Positions 22,401 through 34,900 of a DNA stretch of 64,000 bases are shown piece after piece. Positions within the stretch are counted from its first letter, which is position 1; each line of letters opens with the position of its first letter. The position numbers and the translations under genes were made by a program. Below the pieces are notes generated by a model. That model saw only the letters and a list, made by a program, of their open reading frames with translations. It did no database searches and was not told the DNA's origin. This DNA comes from Oikopleura dioica (Eukaryota; Animalia; Chordata). The stretch is taken from assembly GCA_907165135.1 (NCBI GenBank), contig OU015567.1:2852001-2916000 (forward strand), read 5' to 3'.

Positions 22401-25145
22401 TATCGATGTTGGAATTCATAAATGCGTCGAAAGCAGCATCGAGAGCATTGGGCCCTTCGCAATTGATGCAGTTTTCTGGGAGAAAAAGGTACTTGGCCTT
22501 GAGTCCAGGATTTCCGTTGATGGAATACTCTCGAGCAGCATTGACAAGCTCGTAAGCAGTAGCGTTGTCGTCTCGGATTCCGTAGTTCCATGGCCAGGTG
22601 ACGGTGTCGATGAGATAGACAAGGGAGTTGTAAGAGATGTCATCGCCTCGTGGAGCATCATCAATGTTGGCATCAAGAACGCCGCCGTGAATGAGTCGGC
22701 CAAGTTCGCACTTTTCTTCCGAGGCATAGCAGTCCAAATATCCAGCGGACCAAAGGAAGTCAAAGAGGTAGGATTTAAGGATCATCGAGGACTTCTTCTG
22801 GGAGAGTCGATCAGTAAACCAGGGCAAGTATTCAGAAATTGCAACGTATTTCATACCGCCGGAAATCGGTGCATCGAAGATACTTTCATAGACCGATTCG
22901 TCCTGGACGAAAGTACTGGTTGCCAAAGCAGCTGAGAGTTTGATGAAGAATTCTGACTCGAACGCCCATCTTCCGTACCAATCGTCGTTCGACTGAGTCA
23001 TGAGTTCAAAGATCTTGTTCTGGAAGAAACTGTGGAAAGCCTGCTCAGTATCGAAAACTTGGTATTCCTGGTTGTCGTAGAATTTTCTGATGAGTGTTCC
23101 TTGGAAGATTTCGGTGAGCTCTCGGCCGTAGATGTTTTGGTAGTAGCTGCTGTATGAAGCGAGAACATTGGCGAAGTCGACTTTGTATGTGTCTTTTTCG
23201 TCATCGCCTCGGCAGACGGCTTGAGTTGCCTGATCGAACTTGTCTGATTTACCATTGTCGTTTGCGCAGGCAGCGAACATGGTCATGTCCATCATTTCGT
23301 CGCTGTCCAATGTGATCCAGGAGAGTCGATTGCATTCGGTTGATCCCGTGTGAATATTGTAGAAAACGTTGCTCTCCGCTCCTTCGACGCGTTCGTACGG
23401 CATGATGAGACCACATTCCTTGACAAATCGTCGTTTCTGGATGACTTCTTTGAGTCGAGCATGGAGGATTTCAGCTCGGACGTCGTGGGTATCAACAGGG
23501 AAGAGGACTTGGCCAGCCTCTTCGCAGAATTTCGCGGCGCCGGCGACGGAATTTTCTGGAAGAGCGAAGATGTCGAAGTAGATAGGATCATTGAAGTAAT
23601 CATCTGTCTCGTAGACTCGAAGCATAGAAGCTTTGACGAACGCCCAACGGATCTCAGTTTCCCAGTCGATCTCTTCAATATTCAAAGCATCTCCAACCCA
23701 GTTGACGGATTGAGTCCAGATATCGACTTGAGCGTTGAGGATTGTTCCGACTCGCTCTTCATGTCCTGGAGCAGATTTTCCGATGTCGAGGACATCCAAA
23801 AGCGCCCACTTGACCTTGGACTCGATTCCGCCATCGACAGAAAGGATAAGATCTGTGTACGCCTTGTATTCAGCCTCGTAGTTTTCTTCCGTGACTTCGT
23901 TGAATTGAAGAGCCTTCGTTACGGCAAAATGAGTGAAAGTGGCGTCGGAGATTCGGACATCCATGTTCACGATGTCTTCTTCATTGATGTTGTCAATCGC
24001 CCATCGAAGGAATGGCATGAGATCCAGCTGGAACGCAAAGTCGAAAAGATAGCCGCGGAGGAGGGTGGCTCGTTTGTTCTCGACAAATTTCGCGTAGCTT
24101 TCAGGAAAGTATTGCTGATTGGCTTCAATAGCATCGAAGTCATTAGCGAAAAGCCTTGCAGTGACTTCTGTGGACTCCCCAGACTGGTACTTGTAAGCGA
24201 CTCCGGCAATGAATCCGTAAAAAGCGGGAGTGACGTAGGCCCATTTTGCCATGACGGAGCAGGCTTCGGACTTGCAGTCGGCAGTGATTTCGTCAACAAT
24301 ATCTCGGAAGTAATTGAGAGCTTCAGATTCGCTTTCGAAGAAAACTGAGTTGTCAATTTTTGCGGTGAACTCGTCATGAAGATCTTGAGGAATGCCACTG
24401 TCAAATCCATTGTAGTACTGATCTGCGAGCGATTTGAGATTCACGTCGTTAAGGTCAACCCCATCGCAGACGGCGCTTGTTCGAATATCCGTGTATCCTT
24501 GGCCGTAGTAGAAGACATACCAGTTGTATTGATCCTGATCGAGTGGTCCAGTGAGCTTTTCGAATTCCATCGCCGAGGCTTTCGCAAAAGCAGCGTCACA
24601 TTCGCAAGTCATTCTTTCGCAGGAATCCGCAGCGTCCGAGCACGTGACTGATCGATCAGCAGCGGCAAGCGTGGCATCTTTAGCGGAGAGGGAGAACTGG
24701 TACGGTCCGTCGAGACCGGCATTCGAGCAGCTTTGATCGCGAGACTGAACTGTTTCGTAGCACTTGATCAGTTGTCGACAAGTGTTGTCATAATCATTGA
24801 GCGCTGATCCGTAGGATTTCTGCATTTGAGATGATCCTGTGCTGACATAGCAGTTGCAACCGTAATTGAATCGTTTTTTGATGAGTTCATTAGTTGACGG
24901 CTCGATTGGCTGACCAGCGAAAGTGGTGTGTCCGTACTCGTAGTGCTTCACCATTTGGAGAAGCTGGGACAAGTATCGAGCTTCAGGGGCAGGAAGATCG
25001 GCGCCGACATCTGCGGTGGGGATGTCATCGAGTGGGAGAAGCGCGGGTGTTGATGATGCGAAGTTGCGGCCGTCGCGGTCGGAGTAATCGAAGGTAGAGG
25101 TTGTTGGCGGGGCAAAAGTGGTTCCGACTCCATCGTAGTCGTCAC
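19460..25145 (-). CDS. Giant secreted multidomain protein: PLA2-like domain, repeated helical domains, lectin-like segments, C-terminal ZP module (oikosin-like candidate); 5' exons uncertain (possibly 25200-25730)
   Basis: 1467-aa ORF with FNYGCNC...CRQLIKCY...TCECDAAFAK. Spliced downstream exons contain LTCGADTMNF, ARFRCSY, VYVGQELFV and FYAQSC (ZP-N/ZP-C) and end ...NFVLPSRRR*. Confidence 0.85.
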
Positions 25146-26061
25146 CTTTAATATAGGTTAGTATCTCAACGGAATCCTCCGAAAATATTGCCCTTGACCC
25201 AGAAAAAAATAATCATTCTAAAATACCGTGAAGTAACACTCTTCTCTGGAAACTTTTCAAGGTCTCGAAAATATCTCTTCTCAAAAAGTCAGCAGAAAAA
25301 CTTTTAGAAAATGGTCTGTGATAACCGTTGAGAGCCATTTTCTAAGGTGACTAGAATTATCATTTCTCGAATATAAACTGCGAAACACTCTGTTAGCCAC
25401 TTCAAACTTGTCTGCGCCTTGTCTTATTTTTCTCTCGAGATGCAGAAATCTTCGAAAAAGGGTGATTTTTACCGTTGAATGCATGAACGGCCGAAAGGAC
25501 CGCTGTCGAGAGCCTCATTCTGAAGACTGAGCAGCTTGGTCATTCTTTTGCGGACCTGTTCTTGAGCCTTTTTGCCTTAGGGATGAGATCAGAAGAGTCG
25601 ATTCTTGGGTTGACCCAGATACGAACAAGGTTTCTAAGGAACAAACGCTATATTTGACTTCAAAATAGAGCGAGCGCTTTCTAGCTGTCTATTTTTTTTC
25701 AAGAATGTTTCTAAATGCTCAATTATCAAACTTATAAGCGAAATCGAATCGATGAAAAAGTTAATAAATTTTTCAGAACATTGACCTAGTCTATTTTATG
25801 GCACACTTGAAAACTTCCCCCTGAGGCGAAAATAATAACTTCGGTACAGATAACAACATCTTGTTTGGAATTTGTCAATCTTATTTCTAATAAAGATGTT
25901 CTAAAAACTGATAAATTATAAGTTAAGATAATAAGGTATTATATAACGAGACTTTGAGTTCAGTGCGCTATTTGCGTATGAAGCCTGGCATTTAATTAAC
26001 TTTTACCTTGGTCAAAAAAACCAATGGCGTAAGAATATCTAGGTCACTATCTTCAAGAGCA

Positions 26062-28013
26062 ATGAAGATTTCTCCGTTTCTTCTTAACTTTTCAGGGCTG
26101 ATTCATGGAGAGCCCCTAGCGAAAATCTCCTCAGATATTGTTAACAAAGAAAATGAATCTTGCAAGTAAGAAAGTATAACATTTGATTTGATTTAATCGG
26201 TGGCAGGGCTGCCGAATTCGGAGCATTTGCGTTTACCCGGGATTTTTTGGCGGATCATCCGCTGATTTTCTCCGTTTCTCCGCGCTGTTCTCCGATCCTC
26301 CGATCGTCCGATTTTCTCGGCCGCGCGGATTTCCCGCGATTACCCGCTACCCTTTTTTTCTAGCCAATCTAAAGAGTGGAACACCCTTTAATTTCGTCTT
26401 TTGAGCAGAAATTTCGGCGGATCATCCGCGATTCTCCGTTCCCTTTTCTCCGCTGAAAACCGGCGGATCTTACGTGAAAAAAACTGCGGATTTTTCGTGA
26501 AAAACCTACGGATCTTCCGCCGAAAAAATCGCGGGTAAACTCAAACGCTCCGAATTCAGCAGCCCTGATCGGTGGTTTTTATAAGAGATGAAAGCCTTCA
26601 AGTTGAATGTCAAGGAGCCTGCAGAGTTGATTTTAACAAATGCCGCTTACTTTGTGAGACCGACTACTGCCTTTCAATTTGCCAGCGAGAATACGAAAGT
26701 AATCTTTAATTTATGGTCACTTAATAATTTTAATAATTAAAGACTGCTTTGCGGGATGTCCCTGTGGCGAGAACTGCCCAAGCGGATGCAAAGGCTGTTC
26801 CAATCCGATCTGTCTAAAGATGAAGATTCTGGTTATTCCAGATTTTCATGAGGATTGGGCTCGACTAAAAAATTTTAGTTTGACACTTACTTTATCTTAT
26901 TTATCAAGTTTTTCTGAGCTTGAAAAAAGCATTCATACTTTTTTGATACAGAAAACTACGAACAAACTCCAACAGCATTAGCGGAAATCAACTCCGAGAA
27001 TTTGAGTTACACGAGAGACTGTGCTCATGCTGTTGTGAAGGATACGCTTTACTTTTTCTGTTACTCTTGGCAATCAAGCAGAATAGCTTACATGGATGAG
27101 CAGTGAAATTTCAATGAAATACCTACTCGACTCAATTTCATCATGAAATTTTCATGTTAGAAAGAGGCCATTCAGCACTAGCTATTGACGATGGAAGCAA
27201 AGGTACTTAGACAGAATTTTTTCTTTCTCTCAAAAACAATAGCACTTGTTTGCTTCGGCTTTCCTAATGGACCGACTTACGACTACAACGACTGGTTTAA
27301 ATGCGATATTTTTGAATGCAGCTCACCTGAAAACTGCTCGACAACTCCTACATTTTCATCCCTGCATCCTCACTATGCGGGAGGGCTTGGCTCTCACATG
27401 GGAGAACCCGTCACTGTCGGAACATCAAGTCGAGCAGAAAGTCCTGAGGATCCATTGGTTGATTCAAGGGAACAATACAAAATAGCCGAGAAATTAACGG
27501 AAGACGGCTGGATCAGAATCGAGAACCAGTTTGAACTTTTAATATTTGCTTTCATTTATATCTTTAGTCCAGTAGGAAGCGATGGACATAGCTTTCTCAC
27601 TCTTCCATCAGGAAAACTGCTCTTGTTGGGAGGTGTTGTGCGGGTTGAAGGGTATGACAGAGACTTGCAGGACGAAATTTACGAGCTCGACCTCCACGAA
27701 TATTGGAATGTTGTCGGAAAACTTCAAGAGGTAGATTTTTGAGTCTCTTTGTATTTGAAAATTTTTTAAGTTTATTTATGGTGGATCTTCAATGCTTGTT
27801 GACAACTCGATCTTCCTCTTTCCTGGGCAATGTCCAGATGGAAGTTGTCCTATCCAACGACTCGATCTTGTCGATGAAGCCATCGACTCTGTTGACATCA
27901 TTGGCAATCACACCTTCGAGCCAGAAGGATGGGGAGCATCATATTTTCCACAGCTCTTCTACACTGAGCAATTGGATGCTTGTGTCGCTCCAAGCGATGT
28001 CGAAGAAATTTGA
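26062..28013 (+). pseudogene. Secreted kelch-like/beta-propeller family gene, apparently disrupted
   Basis: Kelch-like blades (HYAGGLGSHMGEPVTVG, GHSFLTLPSGKLLLLGG). In-frame TGA at 27104-27106 and a frameshift near 27138. A hAT MITE sits in intron 1. Confidence 0.65.
26204..26567. mobile_element. hAT-type MITE
   Basis: TIR CAGGGCTGC(C/T)GAATTCGGAGC, 8-bp TSD ATCGGTGG (26196-26203 and 26568-26575), and internal TCCG/CGGA subterminal repeats. Confidence 0.9.
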
Positions 28014-28380
28014 ATGTTAAAAAAAATTTTTCAAAAAAAATTTCTGATTTGATTTTTTTTTAATATCCCTGTCGACCTTTCATAATAAAATGAAGTATAA
28101 AAATCAGTTCGATAATATAAACTGCATATAAAACTCTTTGTTGCAAACCGGCACCAGCAGTCAATTATTGCCTTGTTCTGCGCAACTCGTGTCATTACTG
28201 TAGCTCAAACGACAGTTAAAAACCACTCTCAGCCAAAAAGTCCCTTGATGCCATTAAATCTACCAGAAGTCGCTTTAATCCGAGTCGACACTCTTTCTTT
28301 AAAATATTAATGCTTGGATCAGCTTCTCTGTCAATAAAAGCCCGTTTGTTTTCTGAAAATTTACTTTTTGACAATCCTAA

Positions 28381-28853
28381 ATGAGACGATTACTAGGTTT
28401 GTTTATTTTTTTGATAATTTTGTTATTTTTGACTTTTCTTATAGGACTTTTTGCTTCTGCATGTGCCTACAGCGCTGGTCTTTTTGGAAATTCGTCCCCT
28501 TTTCTGGTAAGTTTTCAATAGAGAGATACCCTTATTCATCATCCTAATAACTTAATTTTACCCCATGATTTTAGACTTATTCGCCGCTGATGGACGATGG
28601 AAATGACTGGTTAAATGCACTGTCAACGGTTGAAGATATTTTTGATCTAATTCTAGGGCCGCCAACTGGCCAATTGCATAAGGTGCCCTTTGATCGTAAA
28701 CAAAAACTGACAACCCTGAATCAGAAGAAGCGCTCTGAATTCTCCGATCTCTGGAACAAGCAATATTCTGACCAGCTTCGCCGTTATGGCTACCACTCTC
28801 TCAATGGTAAGATCGAAACTCTTCTCAATCCGCAGAATCCTGCTTCAACTTGA
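28381..28853 (+). CDS. Small (~118 aa) secreted protein with basic cleavage sites; candidate peptide precursor
   Basis: Three exons with GT-AG introns (28397-28444 and 28507-28574) give the frame MRRLLGLFASACAYSAGLFG...KKRSEFSDLWNKQYSDQLRRYGYHSLNGK...*. Confidence 0.65.
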
Positions 28854-30215
28854 TTTTTCTTTCGTTTAATTTATACTCGGCGGTCTTGGTGATTCGTAGG
28901 CTTACCGGACTGAAATGTTGTTATTTTCTCTTTTTATTTTACCTGTTCAAGAAAAAAAAATAATAAAAAATGCTGCAAGATACTCATACTGTTGAATGAA
29001 TTAATCAAATTTTCGAGATGTTCGAATGTTCCCGAAATATGTTTTGAATGTCGTAAATGTCGTGAATGTCGTGAATGTTTTAGATTGATCAATCGAGTGA
29101 AGAAAGAATCTCGTTCAAGAAACAGCTTTTATCCAAGCATTTTAGAAAATTCGCTCATTTTAAAGAATAAGAGACTCGCATTCAAACCCTCTCCTTGTGA
29201 TGGCAAAACAAATTATTGACTGCCAGTTATTCGGTAAGCTACAATTGTGCCCCGCTTCGCTCGCTGCAATAAATCGACATTCTTCCTTGATTTCGTTTTT
29301 TCACTCGATCATTATTGAAGGAGGCAGCTTTATTGAAAAGTAATTTTTTATCATCCAAAATGACACTTTTGTAAAACAAAAGAATTAATCGGATAAGGTA
29401 GCTAAGGAAGTCCTCATAATTCACTGTTTCCGAATCCACTCCGTTTATTATTAAAAAAATTTAAAATTGCAGAAAAGGTTCAATAAGTTTTGAGTCTCAG
29501 AGACTTCTAGTTTTAACTTTCTCTTTCTTTCTCGTTTCACTATTTTTTACGCTTGTGATGCGGTCATGACATTCTTGCGGTTGTGCGTCTGCCCTTGCAA
29601 CTCGCTAGACCACAAACACAACGGATAGGTCTTATCAGCAGATTATGATAACACGAATGAAATTGTAGCGCTCAAGCTACTCTCTGCGTGGGGCACGGGC
29701 CACGACAAACTCTTCCTTCCGCCACTTCGCAAAGAGAATTTATTACTAAAGTTCACTTTTTACTTTTTCTTGAAAAATTTTAAAAGAGAAAATTTGGAAA
29801 AACATAGTTGAAAATTTTCCCCAACAAAATGTGTTGAAATTTCCAAGTCCATTCTTTCCAGAACTGTAATCTTTTGAGCATATTCTTACACCACCAAGAG
29901 AAATCTGATCGCGCGCACAAAGTCAAGTCGATGTGTCCACCGGGCGCCGCTTGGTCGGAATTTCAGCGCCCGTGCCCGTTGTTCTCAGTGTTGTGCCTAA
30001 AATCCAATGCGGTGCCGAGCTGTCTTTCCCCGGCACACTCGATCATGCTAAATGAATTCATGACGCGTGCACAGAACATCAAATTTTTTTAAACTCTTCG
30101 GCTGAGTTGTGAATTCCAACAATCAAATTACAATAAAAATATTCTCAAGAGATTCAGATAAAGAGATAGCTTGTGAATTCCTAAAACACTGAAATATGGT
30201 TTGACCAATTTCTCA

Positions 30216-30314
30216 AATCGAGAAGCCGCTTGCGGCTTCGAGTAAATAAGAATTGAAGCCGCGGCAAGCGCGGCTCTCCTTTTGAGACTCGAAGCCGCAA
30301 GCGGCTTCTCGATT
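30216..30314. repeat. Compound palindrome: two inverted arms, each itself a hairpin, flanking a third degenerate hairpin
   Basis: AATCGAGAAGCCGCTTGCGGCTTCGAGT ... ACTCGAAGCCGCAAGCGGCTTCTCGATT. Confidence 0.85.
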
Positions 30315-33300
30315 CCAATTTAATTTTCAGGAAATTCTTGTTTATTAGTTCTTTGCCGAGTTTGACTAGATAATGATTAAGATATGGCCGGAGATAATTT
30401 CTAGCGAGCCAAATCATCCCCGGGCTATTATAGTTCCAATCGCGGGTCCATGAAATCATCAAACCCGACCTCCTTGATCATCATTGATAAATCTGTACTT
30501 TCCACATTTGATCGGTCAATGTCAAGTGGTCCTATTCGGGCAGTGAGAGCGCAATTTATCACCTGTCTGGCGGTTTCCGTCAGACACAAAACTAAGGATT
30601 TTCCGACGATCGAGCAACATTTTGGATTTTGACCTCAGAGAAAATCACATGTTCTATTTTTGTTTGGAAACCGGGTTCAACAACACCCACTAAAGTTTCA
30701 TCAAGAGAACTTTTTCTCCTAGAAAAAAGGTTGAATTTTGACTTGCTAATTCGAAAAGCCGCTTGCGGCTTCGAGCTTTTAAGAAAAATAGCCGCAGCAA
30801 TAGCGGCTTTCGGCTCGAAAGATCATTTTCGCGCAGAAAATTCAGTGAAACTAGAATTCTTCAAAAAATTTTAAAATTAGAAATTCCTGAGTTCCGGAAC
30901 TGGGTTCTGCCCGCGAAGCTAATAACCTCGATAAAGAACCTCGAAAGCGAGCTCCTGTCAAAAAGTGCCATCCGCCGGAAGTTGCTTCATCAATTTCCGC
31001 CGCGGCACGGGACCAACTTCATTGAATCGACTGACAAGATATATTTTATTTGGACATTCTAACACACGTCCTTTGATTTACGATTTATATTCGCTTCGAA
31101 AAGACATCAAAGATGGGCATTTTTCGACAACTTTGGGATCGGAAAAACTGCTGATCTGAAATCATCGATTTCTAAATCGGTAGAAAGAGATTCAATTTTT
31201 TTATCTTTTCGCACTTTCATAAGGTCATCCGCCATGCGAGCGCGGGTTAATTATAGAAAAGGAAACGGTTAACCATTAAATCATAGATTCATTAGATATA
31301 AATTCCTTCGGCGTAAGTTTTACAGAGCGAAATTACTCTTGCGGCATGGTCAAGATTGTCGAGCTTGTCACTCTCCTTCGTTGACAAATAATGATCGACA
31401 AGGTCGGTCATCGGCAGAGCGCCAAAAAGGCTGGTTTTCAGAAGAGAAACTAGTGATTTAGGGGGATAAAAAGTGTGATCAAATCTGCTTTAACAATTAC
31501 TGTAACGATTCGCTTTAACAATGGTTAACCATCGATATACCCTTAAATCTCAATATGATCAATACTGTATTGACAGTACGCTTTTCTTTCTTTCTTCATA
31601 TTTAAAAGTTTATGTTGACCCTTATCCCTTAACCTCTCATTCCACTCCAAAAGACTTGAGGGTCTTCTGAAAAAGAGCCACCTTGCAGAAGTTTAAACAC
31701 TCGCCACACTCAGAACTGAAGCTCAGCTTTCACTCGCCAGCTCAGAAAATCTAAGACGCGCGAAAGAAAAACCTAAAACTTGTTGGGTGGCGCTAAAACC
31801 GTGCGCTCTCTTTCTAACCTCCCGCGCTGGATAAAAGAAATCTAGAAAATGTTCGCTTTTCTGAAAATAATTTTTTTTTATTCAAATAATAATTTTACGA
31901 AAAATCTTAAAATTTGTTAATTTTAGACTGCGAAAGTGCTGAGATCGGCAATTTTCGTGGTTTGCGAGAAAAAAGGAACAGGAGAAGAATTCAATCGGAA
32001 TTGGAGAAATTCAATTGCGGAGAGGGAGAATTATTATTTGCATCGATGAGAAGATAGAGAAATCGGACTAAGAAGAAAGAAGAAGAAGATAAATTTGAAA
32101 ATGAGATTTGGTGTCCTGTAAGTTTTTCATTTTTCCGGAAATCCTAACTACCATGAGATTTTTTTAGAGAGGGAGAAGGCTCCTGGCCTCCCTTTCCCGT
32201 TTCACTCTCGGTGAAGTCTAGAAATGATTTTCAAAAAATTAGAATTGGTATTCAATTTGAAATAGATTCTTAAAATTGTAATCGATTATTTTTCATTGAC
32301 ATTTATGGTTTCGAAAATCGAATATCGAAAAAAAAAATTACTTTTCTTAAAATTTGCCTTCCAAAAAAAGTCTTACGGGCTGCCATAAAAATCAACAAAA
32401 TATAAGTGGTTAATTTACCAAATCAGAATTAGTGATAAAAGTAAGGAATGTGCTGAGGACCAATAATTTCTGATCAATTCAATCAAGTCCCCCTTGAGCA
32501 ACACTTGAGCCATTCTCATTCACTTTTCTGAAAATAAACAGTTGTTCAACAAGCTCCAGCGGGGGCTTGATTCAATTTTTCCAGCGGTTCTCATATTATC
32601 ATCAAAATAAGCGTTTCTGAAAAATAATGAAGGGAGAATAATTTATTCCGAATAAAGCTGAAAATATAAAACTGATAATGCTCCTTGAAGTCTTTTGTCA
32701 GAGACTCTGATTTACGGTCTCGTAATGGCTCGTCAAATCGCCTTTCAACAAAAGTTGTCAAACTCGAGTCAGTGATAAAATTAGCGTTTTAGGAAGGTCG
32801 ACCGGTGCAGAACAGGCGCCCCACTGGGTCGCTGCGCACGTGGCTCAGACCTGGGTTCAAGATTGACTGCGCTAGAATAAGGCAAAGTCAATTTTTTCAT
32901 GAAGACCCACAGTTTTGTCAAAACGTTAATTTGTTGGGCCATTTTTTCGAGAAATTTAAGATTTTTCAAACCTTTTTTTAATAAAAGCTTGAATTATTTT
33001 TAACTATTTGAATTGTTTCAATTCTATTATTTCAGCTGGCAGCTGATACTTGGTTTATCACAAGCCGAAATTTTCGATCCGGGGCTCAACGAAACAAACA
33101 CCAGCGCTCACTTTTTTCTGCACTTTTTTGGAGACGCTCCAAAGTTAAACGGAGGATTTATAAATTTCCGGGAAAATTTCCGAAACCTATCGCGCCAATG
33201 ATTTGTGAGTTTTAACGCGATACATTGGAGCTTTTCCAAAAATAAACTTTCTTTATTAAATTTCAAAGAAAAAAACTCAACAAAAAAAAAGCCGCCTGCG

Positions 33301-33387
33301 GCTTTAATGAATCAAAATCTAGCGTTTGAACTTCGCGTATAGAAAGCCGCTTGCGGCTATTTCTTTCGAAACAAAATTTGCTATAAG

Positions 33388-34900
33388 ATGAAAAATGCCG
33401 AGAATATTTTCGTTGAGCCCCGCAAAGACAGAGACGGTCGTTTTCCGATCAGCGAAGATGATCTCTCAAAGACGCCGTACAACACTGTCGTCCGCTTCAA
33501 AGCCGACAGGGGAATGTGCAGTGGAACGATGATTTCCGAGCGACACGTCCTCACCGCCGCCCACTGCATTCACAATGGTAGAGACTATCTGGTAAATAAC
33601 AATTCAACGCATTCTTTAGTTCTTTTTTAAACAAGCAAGGAGACAGGCTATCGCGATTCGGAAGGAAATCTACTTTCCGCTATCGATGATAAAAGAGATC
33701 AATTTTTTTTAATTGCGAAAATGATCAAATTCGAACTAAATTTGATTCTCTTCATTTTGATGGATCATTTCCGAGTTGAATATGGATAACTCGAAAAAGC
33801 ATGAACTTCCTTGCCTTGCCATTTTTATTCTCCTCTTTAGTTATTTTCTCTGAATAAAACTTCCATTTCAGTATCCTGACGGTCGCCTAAGAATCGGAAT
33901 TCACAAAAAATCGCTGCCTTCAAGGCGAAAATCAAAACGAAACTCAAAAAATCGTCGCCGATCTCGCCGAGCGGCTAGTTCGAGAAGCCGCAGAAAAACA
34001 AAGAAATCCCGAAGAAAACGAAACAAGAATTTTAAGAGATCAAAAACTTCGAATTTGCAATCAAGGAAGAGTTTTAAATGGGTGAAATTGTCGCAGATGC
34101 ACTTGCCAAGTGGCTGGACAAATCCGAAACCAGGTGAAATTTAGCATTTTTCGATACAGAAACCATTTCATTTTCAGATCGCCTCAATTACGAGCACGAC
34201 TATGCCGTAATTACGCTGGCCAAGCCGCTGGTAACTAGCTTCATGAACATAACTATTGCACCTGAGAAGATCCATCCGTTTCATATCCGCTACCCGAAGG
34301 GTATTCGACTTTTTATGAAGTAAATTCAAGTTCAAACTTTTTCCTCATTGTCCAAATTAACTTTTCAGCGCGTATGATATCGAGCCAAGAGACAAAATGG
34401 CAGTGAGATGGTGCCCGCTCATCGGAAGAACGAATGATTTGCTCTGGAGCGAGTGTGACAGCGACAAAGGAGGGTAAGAATTGCAAGCCATTAAGGAGGC
34501 ACCCATATCTCTTATCTTCAGTGATGGCGGTGGAATCTACATGAAGCACAAAAGCGCTTATGGAAGTGGAACTCGATACAAGAAAAGCAAAGTTATCACC
34601 AGTCTGATCGGCGTGAATACCGGGTGGACTGACATTCACGAAGACAGGGTAAGCATCTCTCATTTCTTCGTCTTTCTCAAGATCAATTCTAGCGACTTGG
34701 AGCAGCAGTAAGAATTACACCACCTAAGTACGTGACGATTTGCACGTGGATCACTGATGGCGACATCGAAAAGTGCAAAAAGATGATGGATGAGCAGCTT
34801 CACAGTCGCCCCTATTACAAAGTAAGCCACACTCTTTACTCAACAATTGACAAATCAATAAAACAAAGGATGAAAACTAAAACCTCATCGCGTTAAATTC
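33388..34900 (+). CDS. PRSS23/PRSS35-like serine protease homolog with catalytic Ser replaced by Asp; 5' exons and stop uncertain
   Basis: CSGTMISERHVLTAAHCIHNGRDY, EHDYAVITL, FSAYDIEPRDKMAVRWC, CDSDKG|GDGGGIY and AAVRITPPKYVTICTWI parallel PRSS23 motifs (HVLTAAHCIHDG, FSGYDND, CDAQPGASGSGVY, AVRITPLKYAQICYW). Confidence 0.8.

Noticed and set aside
20573-24736. Numerous plus-strand ORFs (up to 332 aa) in the ORF track
   Set aside because: These are antisense shadows of the 1467-aa minus-strand ORF, caused by codon bias.
29500-32200. GC-richer exon-like blocks (for example 30400-30630 and 30900-31160 on minus, 31925-32120 on plus)
   Set aside because: In-frame stops and no recognisable homology. 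They may be real exons, but I cannot support a model.
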